NCBI GenBank assembly: GCA_039809905.1
Contig: JBDHVY010000001.1
Coordinates: 900,001 to 932,000 of the forward strand
Source: Candidatus Babelota bacterium
Lineage (GTDB): Bacteria; Babelota; Babeliae; Babelales; Vermiphilaceae
Length of the DNA: 32,000 bases
Reading direction: 5' to 3'
Part shown: positions 8,101 through 15,915 of the stretch, piece after piece
How positions within the stretch are numbered: position 1 is the first letter of the stretch
Layout of the letters: each line of letters begins with the position of its first letter
Made by a program: the position numbers and the translations under genes
Notes under the pieces: model-generated
Seen by the model: only the letters and a program-made list of their open reading frames with translations
What the model was told of the DNA's origin: nothing
Databases searched by the model: none

Positions 8101-9960
8101 AGCAATGAGTTGTTGCTGAGGCATTGCGCATTGCATTATTGTTTTTGAATTGAATGATTCACTAACCACGGTATATGATTGTGTTTGTAGATTAAGAGCG
8201 CCTGCAGTTGATTGCATGGTGATTCCATTGGGACCTGTTGCAACAATGCGGTTATTAAGATGTGTTTGATCATTATCAGTGATGCAAGAGAATTCATCAG
8301 TAGCAATATCCCCTGGCGATTGGTACGGGTTGATGTCGTTTGGTGCTAAGCAAAGCATAGTATGTTGCTGTAATTCATCGCTTGGTGTGGAAACGATTTG
8401 TGTAAGCAACATTGATGTGTCAACGTGCTGCACATCTTCAGGTGATATGATTTCTTTTTGGTTGTGCTGTTTCCATTGCAGAGCATTTTCCTGCAGCATT
8501 GCACTGATGCTTTTCTCTTGTGTTTTAAGTATTTTTCCTGCAAGCGTACTAATAAGTTGCTGTAAAAATGAATCAAAATTAATGCCACTGAGTGGATTGG
8601 AGATATTCTGCCAATCAAGCGGTATCGCTTGATTGTTTCCAAGGAGCACTCGGCTGTTGCCATCGATTCTTGTTGGTATACCAAGAGGAAATTCTGTTCT
8701 TACACTGCCATCGGCAGCTAATCGATAAATTCCCGGTTTTTGTGCTTCTTGTTGAATGTATTCAGTAACATTTACCAGCATTGGCTCAGTTGCAATTGTG
8801 GTATTGCGCCTGCGCTCTGTATTGATGAAAGATCCTGTATTGCCGGTGATGGCGACGGTGCCAGCATTCATGTTGCCGGTAATGGCAAAGTCACCCAAGT
8901 TCATAGTAATGTTTTCACCAGCTTGCGTGATACAGGATAAGATAAAAGGAGGAAGCTGATGGTCAAGTTGGCCAGCATAAGTTTTTACAATAATGTTTTG
9001 TGGTTCTTCAATATAGTGTGGTGAACTATGCAATAGAGATTTATTGTTGCATATTTTACCTCCACTACGAATTGAGCTTGCAAAATTGTAAATTTTTGTT
9101 TTTATTAAAAATTTAATCTCTTTTAAAGATTCCAGAATTGCCGGACCTGAACCAGCATATTGTGATGAAACGCCGTAACAATGCTTAGTGATGGCCTTTT
9201 CACGAATATGATCATATTCGTCAGCTTCAATGCTTATTATTCCTTGGGACGATATTTTGCCGGCAAGATTTTGAATTTTATTGTGTGCTATTATTTTACT
9301 ACCAATAGTATTTGTTACAGTACCATGATTCAGAAATATATTGCGAGCTGATCGAAGAGTAAGTATATTATCTGATGCCGCGTAAGACCCGTTACTTTGC
9401 TTAACCGCAGAAAAACGAGACATCATAGGTGTTTGGTTTCGATGCTCTTCTTTTTCAAATCGTTCAGCGCTTTGTATGTTCTTCCTGAGCCTTGCAGGTG
9501 ATCCGAATGAAGCATACAAATTGTATTGTTGTTTAATGTCTTCATCGATACCCCAGATTGAATCACCAACAGTAATATCGCCAATTGTTGATTCAATTAA
9601 TGTTGGGCCTTTGCCATACAATTTAGCGTAACGCCCATCAATTGCATCAGCAATGACTGTCAACGGTCCATGCGTTGCAGCAAGAATTCCCATTTCTTCA
9701 TTATTTTTTCCTAAGGTCAAAAGACCGTTTACTTTGAGTGAAAGGGTAGGTGTTTTTAACGCATAATGCAGAGTGAACGGACCATTTACTGTTAAATCAA
9801 GATGATTGATGTTTGAAAAACCATAATTTTGTTCGAAAGAAAAAGTTGAGGGCCTCAGCAGGTTAATAGCATAGCATGCAATAGTAAATTTTCCTGGTGT
9901 GTCTGGTAGTTTTTCTAAAAGTGGAAATAGATCAGATTGTTGATAAATGACGGGATTCAT
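5128..9960 (-). CDS. Filamentous hemagglutinin/CdiA-like large protein with DUF637-like pretoxin region and C-terminal caspase-like (GHG ... FSC) module
   Basis: 1610 aa. FHA-type motifs include ITRTGTVIAAAHDVTEQS and KNGLFSSSSRVETS / EEKSGMF. An Ala/Gly-rich DUF637-like region includes GMGMELLQPLLTNVTAATGMQLSAAGIAAVNAGIS. The C-terminus contains NVLGHGNPHTIWVD...RLIRTAPGYQKGQHINLFSCQCAAELNGIAQQLARRM. Confidence 0.75.
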   Translation of the reverse strand: MNPVIYQQSDLFPLLEKLPDTPGKFTIACYAINLLRPSTFSFEQNYGFSNINHLDLTVNGPFTLHYALKTPTLSLKVNGLLTLGKNNEEMGILAATHGPLTVIADAIDGRYAKLYGKGPTLIESTIGDITVGDSIWGIDEDIKQQYNLYASFGSPARLRKNIQSAERFEKEEHRNQTPMMSRFSAVKQSNGSYAASDNILTLRSARNIFLNHGTVTNTIGSKIIAHNKIQNLAGKISSQGIISIEADEYDHIREKAITKHCYGVSSQYAGSGPAILESLKEIKFLIKTKIYNFASSIRSGGKICNNKSLLHSSPHYIEEPQNIIVKTYAGQLDHQLPPFILSCITQAGENITMNLGDFAITGNMNAGTVAITGNTGSFINTERRRNTTIATEPMLVNVTEYIQQEAQKPGIYRLAADGSVRTEFPLGIPTRIDGNSRVLLGNNQAIPLDWQNISNPLSGINFDSFLQQLISTLAGKILKTQEKSISAMLQENALQWKQHNQKEIISPEDVQHVDTSMLLTQIVSTPSDELQQHTMLCLAPNDINPYQSPGDIATDEFSCITDNDQTHLNNRIVATGPNGITMQSTAGALNLQTQSYTVVSESFNSKTIMQCAMPQQQLIAPAGPVKVHSDKNITRTGTVIAAAHDVTEQSEHGSVIKNPLVLQTFTETRHEKNGLFSSSSRVETSLTHSALPCETHAGTILHDKAHVAIQATAQQDIAQQEIIYEAPQINIEGLLLANTFTSSEEKSGMFTDESKKSSKQTPFAAAAHMQSPRIRFLGESAQVNANIHATELHDETEKGIQFVAKVAEMLCSAQTLISSPLSSADIGFEAGYETMIPPMLMVEKIIRAQHDGHMLFESAIMDKNRTEIIGTFVETTYHLKQWQRNWHHVSPVFPDEALVVIALAITWYTQGMGMELLQPLLTNVTAATGMQLSAAGIAAVNAGISAVYSSATTSFLKTGDPINTAKQMVSPAHVQSLCFTMASAGLCTQLGSMLDINMEPGIKSLSQHVQQHALQSTVDTLLTTAITNAPLDKSLGKTIQQIPLKAIAAYASNEICAAYTHELIKQVGQALVGGLSGFAQEQSRKGFVSGVTGVVTAETIGALLIADSQAIADNAIARLNKKGIQKTPANIQRAIDHEVHERMKLAKIAAASVAALTRQNPTIAASAATNAIDNDIAVRGQLAALSEYQSLLAATSQAYATLHIHQEKTNPVHKKNTKHITKPARKNSPRKTDTNNAAHDLVLTSIEKSLNQNVYADLILEYAHSNNKQVQSKRSLHNRIVHPKIPRLIEQVTPIIRIAFVDALNKTIDTFAMIPNPLSIACFATGTTRDLYTGVTTPGEVIYNMALACGILKGIQIAGKGVKIVYQKGKGTIKNITDKVIDRVHQYRYALQGRVPFVPNPRAGKWTNAEVAIAEDDLVLTNSVHYEFARARWHKSQAAPFNVLGHGNPHTIWVDVQAIHPKGLSQSNLLQLIATGTVELNATQLARLIRTAPGYQKGQHINLFSCQCAAELNGIAQQLARRMRVPVSAFSENVGLQSNGLGFYTRNPDSGNVGIMKTFYPEKIWNYRLIALSLMPAFILSGDKVQHQQEEVPAEAFHRWTHDSLELGLD

Positions 9961-10248
9961 GGCGAAAAGTAATTGCGTAAAATATATAGAAAAAAAATTG
10001 AGAGATAAATGCTATGCTTTGCCATGATGATGCTTTCATTTTAATGATAAATGCATCAACTATAGCAAAAAAACATAAGATTATAAACAGAAAATGAGCG
10101 TTGTGATAAAGCTTGTTATATCGGTTAAAAAAAACGAGTGCTATATTCAAATCCGCAACACATAATTGTTTTTAATTTATGTTTTATATATTACGCTTAA
10201 CTATGAAAATTGGGTTTGAACATATAATCGTATAAGATATCTGTAATT

Positions 10249-10917
10249 ATGGAAATGGGCTTTTTAGGTTTCTTGTATGGATTGTCTTTATTTTTGGTGT
10301 CTCAGGAATCAAAGAAGGTACCAAAAAAATTAAATATTTATACTGATGCTCATAAGGCTTGCTATGGTTTTTATTCTTTGCCTTCAGAGATTCAAGAACA
10401 TATTACATCATTATTTATAAGTCATATAAGTTCAGAATTAAAGTACCAGAATTTTCAAAAGACGCTTTTAAATAATGGTATTTTCAGATCTGATTATTGT
10501 AAACAATTAGATCGTGAAGAAAATAAAATAGCGTATGATGAAGATCATCCAAATGATAGATATGTGCAATCATTATTTTATACTGAAAGATCTACACAGT
10601 ATTTTAAGCAAAATCATTATCATTTATGTTTGAAAAGATCGCGGTTAGGTATATTGAAGATGCTTGATTGTAAGCAGTCAGAGGTGTCTTTGGTAACATT
10701 TAAGAATAATGTTATTAAGGTGTATTATAAAAGAGATGATGAAGGATATGATCTTCAACTATGGCTTCTTTCAATAAATCAGATAAAAGATAAGTTGGAT
10801 TGTTTACCGTTTGCTTTGGCATATAAGGATTTTGATAGTTCAAAAAAAGATTTTATACCAATACATTTGCTTTGCAGAAAAAATATTACCTATGATTCCG
10901 TAGAATCCAATAAATAA
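10249..10917 (+). CDS. Hypothetical protein with possible F-box-like N-terminal motif
   Basis: 222-aa ORF with signal-like N-terminus. YSLPSEIQEHITSLFI vaguely matches an F-box LPxEIxxxI helix. Confidence 0.5.
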   Translation: MEMGFLGFLYGLSLFLVSQESKKVPKKLNIYTDAHKACYGFYSLPSEIQEHITSLFISHISSELKYQNFQKTLLNNGIFRSDYCKQLDREENKIAYDEDHPNDRYVQSLFYTERSTQYFKQNHYHLCLKRSRLGILKMLDCKQSEVSLVTFKNNVIKVYYKRDDEGYDLQLWLLSINQIKDKLDCLPFALAYKDFDSSKKDFIPIHLLCRKNITYDSVESNK

Positions 10918-11554
10918 TGAGGCTGCACACGGCAGCAAAAAAGCACCAGACTGATGGAAATGCCATAAGATAAAAAATATAGGCAATAATTGCGCTCATT
11001 CCTATAATAATTCCTAATAATTTCATGTATGGAACTGATGAGATAAAAAATGGAACAAGGGTTACAAAGAAATACAAAAAGCTCAGCGTAAGCGATCCGA
11101 TTCTACAATAAATTGGATTGGTGCAATCAAAAGGATACGGATCAACAGGATAATCAATGTGGTGATGTGTAATAACAGCACCACTTGTTTTTAAAAGCCA
11201 GTACCACAGAAAAAGCAAAGAAACAAGAATACCTAGGCATATTATTTTAAATAATAATTGCTTTCGTTTGTATATATCTTCTGCCCAATAAAGCGAAGCA
11301 GAAATCCAGGTTGGCCAAAACATTCCAGCAAAAAAAAGGAATACGTACATGCTGCTTACGTGCAGCAAGCTTGTTGTATCACCGTTATTAAGAGTTACCC
11401 ATACAAATCCTTCACTTGCTTGTTGAATACCAAAAAAAAGTGGAGTAAGTGCAATCGGTATAGTTTTTTTTGTGCGCACTTGTTTAATTGATAAAAGACT
11501 GATGAGTGATAAACCTGCAGCTGCCGTAAAACTTGCTCCTGCGGAAAAACACAT
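10886..11554 (-). CDS. Multi-pass membrane protein, DUF6629-like (MCFSA... family)
   Basis: N-terminal MCFSAGASFTAAAGLSLISLLS and PLFFGIQQASEGFVWV, with multiple hydrophobic helices. Confidence 0.55.
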   Translation of the reverse strand: MCFSAGASFTAAAGLSLISLLSIKQVRTKKTIPIALTPLFFGIQQASEGFVWVTLNNGDTTSLLHVSSMYVFLFFAGMFWPTWISASLYWAEDIYKRKQLLFKIICLGILVSLLFLWYWLLKTSGAVITHHHIDYPVDPYPFDCTNPIYCRIGSLTLSFLYFFVTLVPFFISSVPYMKLLGIIIGMSAIIAYIFYLMAFPSVWCFFAAVCSLIIYWILRNHR

Positions 11555-11583
11555 ACCAAACTCCTTTAAACCGTTCGATATGG

Positions 11584-11644
11584 TTCGACCAGCTCACCAC
11601 GAACGGAGGAGTATATTTGTTCCCTTCGTACTGAGCTTATCGAA
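11584..11644. repeat. Imperfect inverted repeat, REP/MITE-like
   Basis: ttcgaccagctcaccacgaa (11584-11603) pairs imperfectly with ttcgtactgagcttatcgaa (11625-11644). The element is intergenic and preceded by ccgttcgatatgg. Confidence 0.65.
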
Positions 11645-11662
11645 GTATATGAACATATAAAT

Positions 11663-12661
11663 TTAATAAACATTTTTAGTCAAATACGCACGCCCTGAAT
11701 CACCAAAAATGATAACAGCAACATCATCTTTTTTTAATTTTGGTAAATAATGCTGTACGCCCCAGGCTACTGCACCACTTGTTAATCCAACCAAAAATCC
11801 ATAATTACGAGCAAGGTTTTTAAGCATATTAAAAGCATCTTCATCTGAAACAGGAATAATTTCTTCAATAATATCGTTATTATCGTAGTTAATAATATCA
11901 GAATAAAAATCTATACCCATGCCTTCTACTTTATATGGCTTTGGATTTCCTTTGGTGGAATATAAGGAATTATTTGAATCGAGAGCGATTATCTTAATAT
12001 TGGGATTTTTTCCTTTTAAATATTTTCCTACTCCGGCAATTGTTCCGCCAGTTCCTGCAGCAGCAAAAAAATGAGTTATTGTTCCATTGGTTTGTTCCCA
12101 TATTTCTGCCCCGGTTAAATCATGATGTGATTGCGCATTTACGGGATTAAAGTATTGGTTAGGAAAGAAAGAATTGGGAGTAGATTCTTGTAGGCGTTTT
12201 GCTAAAGAAATATAACTATTAAAATCATCACTTGCAGCTATTGGGCATACGATAACTTCTGCGCCATATGCACGCATTGTTTGCAGCTTTTCCTGACTGA
12301 TTTTTTCGGATGTAGTGATAATAACTTTGTATCCTTTTGCAGCGCCAATCATAGCTAATGAAATGCCATAATTACCAGATGAAGCATCGATAATAGTTCC
12401 ACCAGGGTTGAGTTCACCTGATTTTTCAGCATGTTCTATCATATACAATGCAGATCGGTCTTTTATACTACCACCGGGATTGAGGTATTCAAGTTTGGCG
12501 TAAAGTGTTGCAGGTGTATCAAAAGGTAAACGAACAAGAGGGGTGTTGCCAATGGCTGAGAGTATATGATTATGCATAATATGAGGCCTTTTTTGATTAT
12601 GAATGATGCAATACATTAAAAATAATATACTTATCAGAATAATTATATGCTTTATCGGCAT
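11663..12661 (-). CDS. PLP-dependent cysteine synthase / cystathionine beta-synthase family enzyme, with possible N-terminal membrane anchor
   Basis: AIGNTPLVRL, YLNPGGSIKDRSA (PLP lysine), IIDASSGNYGISLAMIG and AAAGTGGTIAGVGKYLK. The N-terminus is MPIKHIIILISILFLMYCIIH. Confidence 0.88.
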   Translation of the reverse strand: MPIKHIIILISILFLMYCIIHNQKRPHIMHNHILSAIGNTPLVRLPFDTPATLYAKLEYLNPGGSIKDRSALYMIEHAEKSGELNPGGTIIDASSGNYGISLAMIGAAKGYKVIITTSEKISQEKLQTMRAYGAEVIVCPIAASDDFNSYISLAKRLQESTPNSFFPNQYFNPVNAQSHHDLTGAEIWEQTNGTITHFFAAAGTGGTIAGVGKYLKGKNPNIKIIALDSNNSLYSTKGNPKPYKVEGMGIDFYSDIINYDNNDIIEEIIPVSDEDAFNMLKNLARNYGFLVGLTSGAVAWGVQHYLPKLKKDDVAVIIFGDSGRAYLTKNVY

Positions 12662-12841
12662 AATAGCTCCTTTTTTTTTACACTATAGTCATCATTTATC
12701 AGAATGTCACTAAACGGTGAGCTTGATAGTGTTTTTAAGCTTAAATAACTCGGTTTGTAACAATATTGAAAGTGTGATATTATATCCCAGAAAGCATTGT
12801 TGCAATAAGAAATTTAATGATAAGCTGAGAAAAGAGTCATA

Positions 12842-13789
12842 ATGATACTATGTGATAAAAAATTAGTGGTAGTAATGCTACTTTTGGCAATTTTTAATCG
12901 GGCGGTGGCGATGAAGCGATCGAGTGATGGACATGACTTAAATAATCCAAATAAGCGACTAAAAATGAGTCGTATTAGTACAAAAGATTCTGACATTTCA
13001 AGTTTTAAATCAGTTATTTCCAGTAGTTGGCCATCGCAAGTAACAAATACGTTTGCTAACAGTTCAGAGTGTGCAGTGTCGATTTATCAAGAGGAACAAC
13101 CTGTTGATTTGAGGGCGTCGCTTGAGGAGCAAGCACGAGTTAAGGCATTTGCTTTATCATATTACATGGCAGCAGACAGTAAGCTTGCTGATGCAATGGC
13201 AGCTTGCGATTTTGAGCAAACAAACCGGTATACACAGAAGCTATGTACATTAAAATCTTATCCTTTTGGCATAGTAGCTGGTATTGTAGCAAGTGATTTT
13301 TCAAGTCAACAAAAAATTAAATTGTTTGATAAAATTCAAAACATAATCAGTAGACAATTGCAAATAAAGCTGTTTAATCAAGTGAGTGGTGAGGGTTTTA
13401 AGCCTTTGGAATTGGCAGTTCAATATAATGATCATTCAATGGTTTATAACCTTATCAAGAGAGGAGCTGATCCAAAAGGCTTGGATCAGAGAGGAGAGCC
13501 TATTTTTTTACAGATAAAAAGAGTTGAAATAGGAACATTATTTTTAACCGCAGGTGTTCCCATAGATATTAAAAATAATAAGGGAGAAACAATATTATTT
13601 AATAATGCAACAATACTCCCTGAAGAAATAAAAATAGCGACATGGTTTATTGCAAAGCGTGGCAATATAAAACACAAAAATATTTATAATCAGAATGCTT
13701 TTCAGAAGCAGAATATACAAGGAAATGCAAATCCTGATTTGGAAGTTCCAGAAGAAATTTTGGAAAAACGAAGAATTTTTACACGTTAA
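12842..13789 (+). CDS. Secreted ankyrin-repeat protein
   Basis: Signal-like MILCDKKLVVVMLLLAIFNRAVA. Ankyrin units include GFKPLELAVQYNDHSMVYNLIKRGADPKGLDQRGEPIFL and FLTAGVPIDIKNNKGETILFN. Confidence 0.72.
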   Translation: MILCDKKLVVVMLLLAIFNRAVAMKRSSDGHDLNNPNKRLKMSRISTKDSDISSFKSVISSSWPSQVTNTFANSSECAVSIYQEEQPVDLRASLEEQARVKAFALSYYMAADSKLADAMAACDFEQTNRYTQKLCTLKSYPFGIVAGIVASDFSSQQKIKLFDKIQNIISRQLQIKLFNQVSGEGFKPLELAVQYNDHSMVYNLIKRGADPKGLDQRGEPIFLQIKRVEIGTLFLTAGVPIDIKNNKGETILFNNATILPEEIKIATWFIAKRGNIKHKNIYNQNAFQKQNIQGNANPDLEVPEEILEKRRIFTR

Positions 13790-13800
13790 TAATTTTTATA

Positions 13801-13833
13801 AAAAAAGCGCTCACTTAAAATGAGCGCTTTTTT
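13801..13833. terminator. Bidirectional Rho-independent terminator
   Basis: aaaaaagcgctca / cttaaaa / tgagcgctttttt, a perfect 13-bp stem including the A/T tracts, between convergent CDSs. Confidence 0.9.
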
Positions 13834-13845
13834 TGTGTTCCATTC

Positions 13846-14811
13846 TTATCTAAATAAAATCATCAATAACGATAATATAACGGTATAAAGAACCATGGTT
13901 TCAATGAGTGTTTGTGCCAATATGCTTGTGCGAGAAAGAATGTTATATGAATCGGGATTCTCACCAATTTGCGTGCATGCTGCGGCAGCTGTTCTTCCTG
14001 AGCTAATGCCAGCACCAAGAGTACCAAAACCAGTACAGAAAGCTGCAGATAAAAATATAATGCCATCAATGCTATTATCAATTGGTGTGCGTGAAACAAC
14101 AAAAAGAAGAGTGATAGCAATTATGAGGCAGAAAATAATAGGAGTTTCAATAAGCGCTTCACTGATAAAAGTAAATGAAAGGAGCTTATCATATGCTTTT
14201 ATGTTTTTGCCTAAATTTTTTACTGCTGCTTTTGCAAAAGAGCTGAGACCAATTGCTGGCCCAATACTACCAAGACCAACACATAAACCACTTGCAATAA
14301 GACGGAGGCTATCGCTCATATTTATTGCGGAACTTGCTTGACCTTGAATAAAAAGAGACACAAGGAAAGCTGAAATCATTGGTGTTTGAATAAGAACTTG
14401 TGCTAAAAGCATAAATGATAAAATGCGGTGTGCAAAAAAAGGTTGCCGTGCAACTGCATCACATGCAGCTTGAGCAGGAAATGTTGAAGCAAGACCAATA
14501 GTGAATCCACTTATTCCCATTGCTGCAATGATGCCAAGTTCAGAATAGTAAGAAAATTCATTAACTGATTCTACATTCGTATACATGAGCAAAAAAATTG
14601 AGATAAGAAATCCCAATATTGCTACCGTTTCTACTAATGTCATACCAATAAATGCAACACGCATAATAGCATCTTTTGCTTGCGGTTGCCTATTCATAGC
14701 ACCAAGAGCACTCCAGCTGATAAGGCCTTCACCAAGACCAACAGAAATTGAACTTATGGCAATTGATAGAGTGATTGCACCATAGTGTAAATATTCATAT
14801 GAGAAGTTCAT
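13846..14811 (-). CDS. atpE: F-type ATP synthase F0 subunit c, four tandemly fused c hairpins in one polypeptide
   Basis: Four units: SVGLGEGLISWSALGAMNRQP..TLVETVAILG; TIGLASTFPAQAACDAVARQP..QVLIQTPMIS; GLGSIGPAIGLSSFAKAAVKNLGKN..EALIETPIIF; GFGTLGAGISSGRTAAAACTQIGENP..QTLIETMVLY. It lies directly downstream of atpB. Confidence 0.9.
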   Translation of the reverse strand: MNFSYEYLHYGAITLSIAISSISVGLGEGLISWSALGAMNRQPQAKDAIMRVAFIGMTLVETVAILGFLISIFLLMYTNVESVNEFSYYSELGIIAAMGISGFTIGLASTFPAQAACDAVARQPFFAHRILSFMLLAQVLIQTPMISAFLVSLFIQGQASSAINMSDSLRLIASGLCVGLGSIGPAIGLSSFAKAAVKNLGKNIKAYDKLLSFTFISEALIETPIIFCLIIAITLLFVVSRTPIDNSIDGIIFLSAAFCTGFGTLGAGISSGRTAAAACTQIGENPDSYNILSRTSILAQTLIETMVLYTVILSLLMILFR

Positions 14812-14829
14812 TTTATTTTATCCTAATTT

Positions 14830-15588
14830 CTAATGTCCGCCTTCTTGTGTTCCTATCGAAAGATAGGTGAGTGTCAGCATTGCAAAAACAAATGCTTGCA
14901 GAAGTCCTTCAAAAAGAGTGAAAAATGTAACAATCAAAAAATTAGCACCAGTCAAAAGACCAACTGATTCAAGAATAATTGATCCACTGATGGTGCTGAA
15001 ATAAAGTTTTGTGATAATTGCACCACCAAATATGTTTCCGAATAAACGAAATGATATTGAAACAATCGATGATAGCTTTCCTATAACATTAAGGGGGAGC
15101 ATGACAAAAAATGGTTGAAAGAAGTCTTTTGCATAAGGAATAAAGCCTCGTGATTGTATAGCAATTGCTTGTACATATACAAAAGAAATAATGCCTAAGG
15201 CTAAAGCTGTATTAATATCTTTTGTTGGCTCATCTAGCCATGGAATTAAGGGCGCTGTGTTACAAAGGCCGATAAAAATAAAAAGAGATGCTGCAAAAAC
15301 ACAGTGATTGTAAGCAAACATGCCGAGTGATTGTTTTGTAAGATCAATAAAAAATGAAACAAACTCAATCAACATAAAGCGACCAAGCTTGGTATGATGC
15401 ATGATATATTTAACGCACGTAAGAAATAGTGCCAAAATAATCATGATAACCCATGTGTTCACTACTATTTCACTATTAACCATGAACAAGAGATTATCTT
15501 CATAACCAAAAAATGAACCTAAATACCATTGTGGCGTTTCAATTAATTCAGCACCGTTCATGTGGCGCGCCCTTTTGTTATAGCCCAT
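14830..15588 (-). CDS. atpB: F-type ATP synthase F0 subunit a
   Basis: SISFRLFGNIFGGAI (conserved Arg helix) and LLQAFVFAMLTLTYLSIG. Start may be the internal Met of MNGAELIETPQWYLG. Confidence 0.93.
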   Translation of the reverse strand: MGYNKRARHMNGAELIETPQWYLGSFFGYEDNLLFMVNSEIVVNTWVIMIILALFLTCVKYIMHHTKLGRFMLIEFVSFFIDLTKQSLGMFAYNHCVFAASLFIFIGLCNTAPLIPWLDEPTKDINTALALGIISFVYVQAIAIQSRGFIPYAKDFFQPFFVMLPLNVIGKLSSIVSISFRLFGNIFGGAIITKLYFSTISGSIILESVGLLTGANFLIVTFFTLFEGLLQAFVFAMLTLTYLSIGTQEGGH

Positions 15589-15639
15589 GCTCTACTGCTC
15601 ATTCTGAGCTTTCTATGGGAGACTTTATGAAACAATTTT

Positions 15640-15903
15640 TTATATGGGTTTTATCATTTTTAGCATAATAAGTAATGTTATTAAAAATGATATTACTACC
15701 AGTATAAGATTGATTGAAGATGAGTGCAATATATATACCATGCTTAATGCAATAAGAGTAAGTCGTGCAAAAGAAAGCATAATTGATTTGGCCAGATGTT
15801 GAGCGAATGATGAACTATGTAAAGATAAGACTCTTCTTTGTTGGGTAACAAAGAAGAGTCCATATAATATTGCGAGTAATATACCAAGAAGAATAGAGAA
15901 CAT
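15640..15903 (-). CDS. Small membrane protein, AtpI/Unc1-like by position and size
   Basis: 87 aa with about three hydrophobic segments, located immediately upstream of atpB. No diagnostic motif. Confidence 0.5.
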   Translation of the reverse strand: MFSILLGILLAILYGLFFVTQQRRVLSLHSSSFAQHLAKSIMLSFARLTLIALSMVYILHSSSINLILVVISFLITLLIMLKMIKPI

Positions 15904-15915
15904 CTGAGCTTTCTT

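Noticed and set aside
5785-8940. Many antisense ORFs inside 5128-9960
   Set aside because: The long minus-strand frame has family-like motifs. The antisense frames are short and have composition expected from complementing it.
9932-10150. ORF 9932..10150 (-) as a missing N-terminal extension or partner of the giant protein
   Set aside because: It is AT-rich, has no signal-peptide/TPS-like motif and overlaps the giant's start in another frame. It looks like chance.
13895-14785. Plus-strand ORFs 13895..14341 and 14585..14785
   Set aside because: Antisense to the tetra-hairpin c-subunit gene, whose motifs and neighbouring atpB are convincing.
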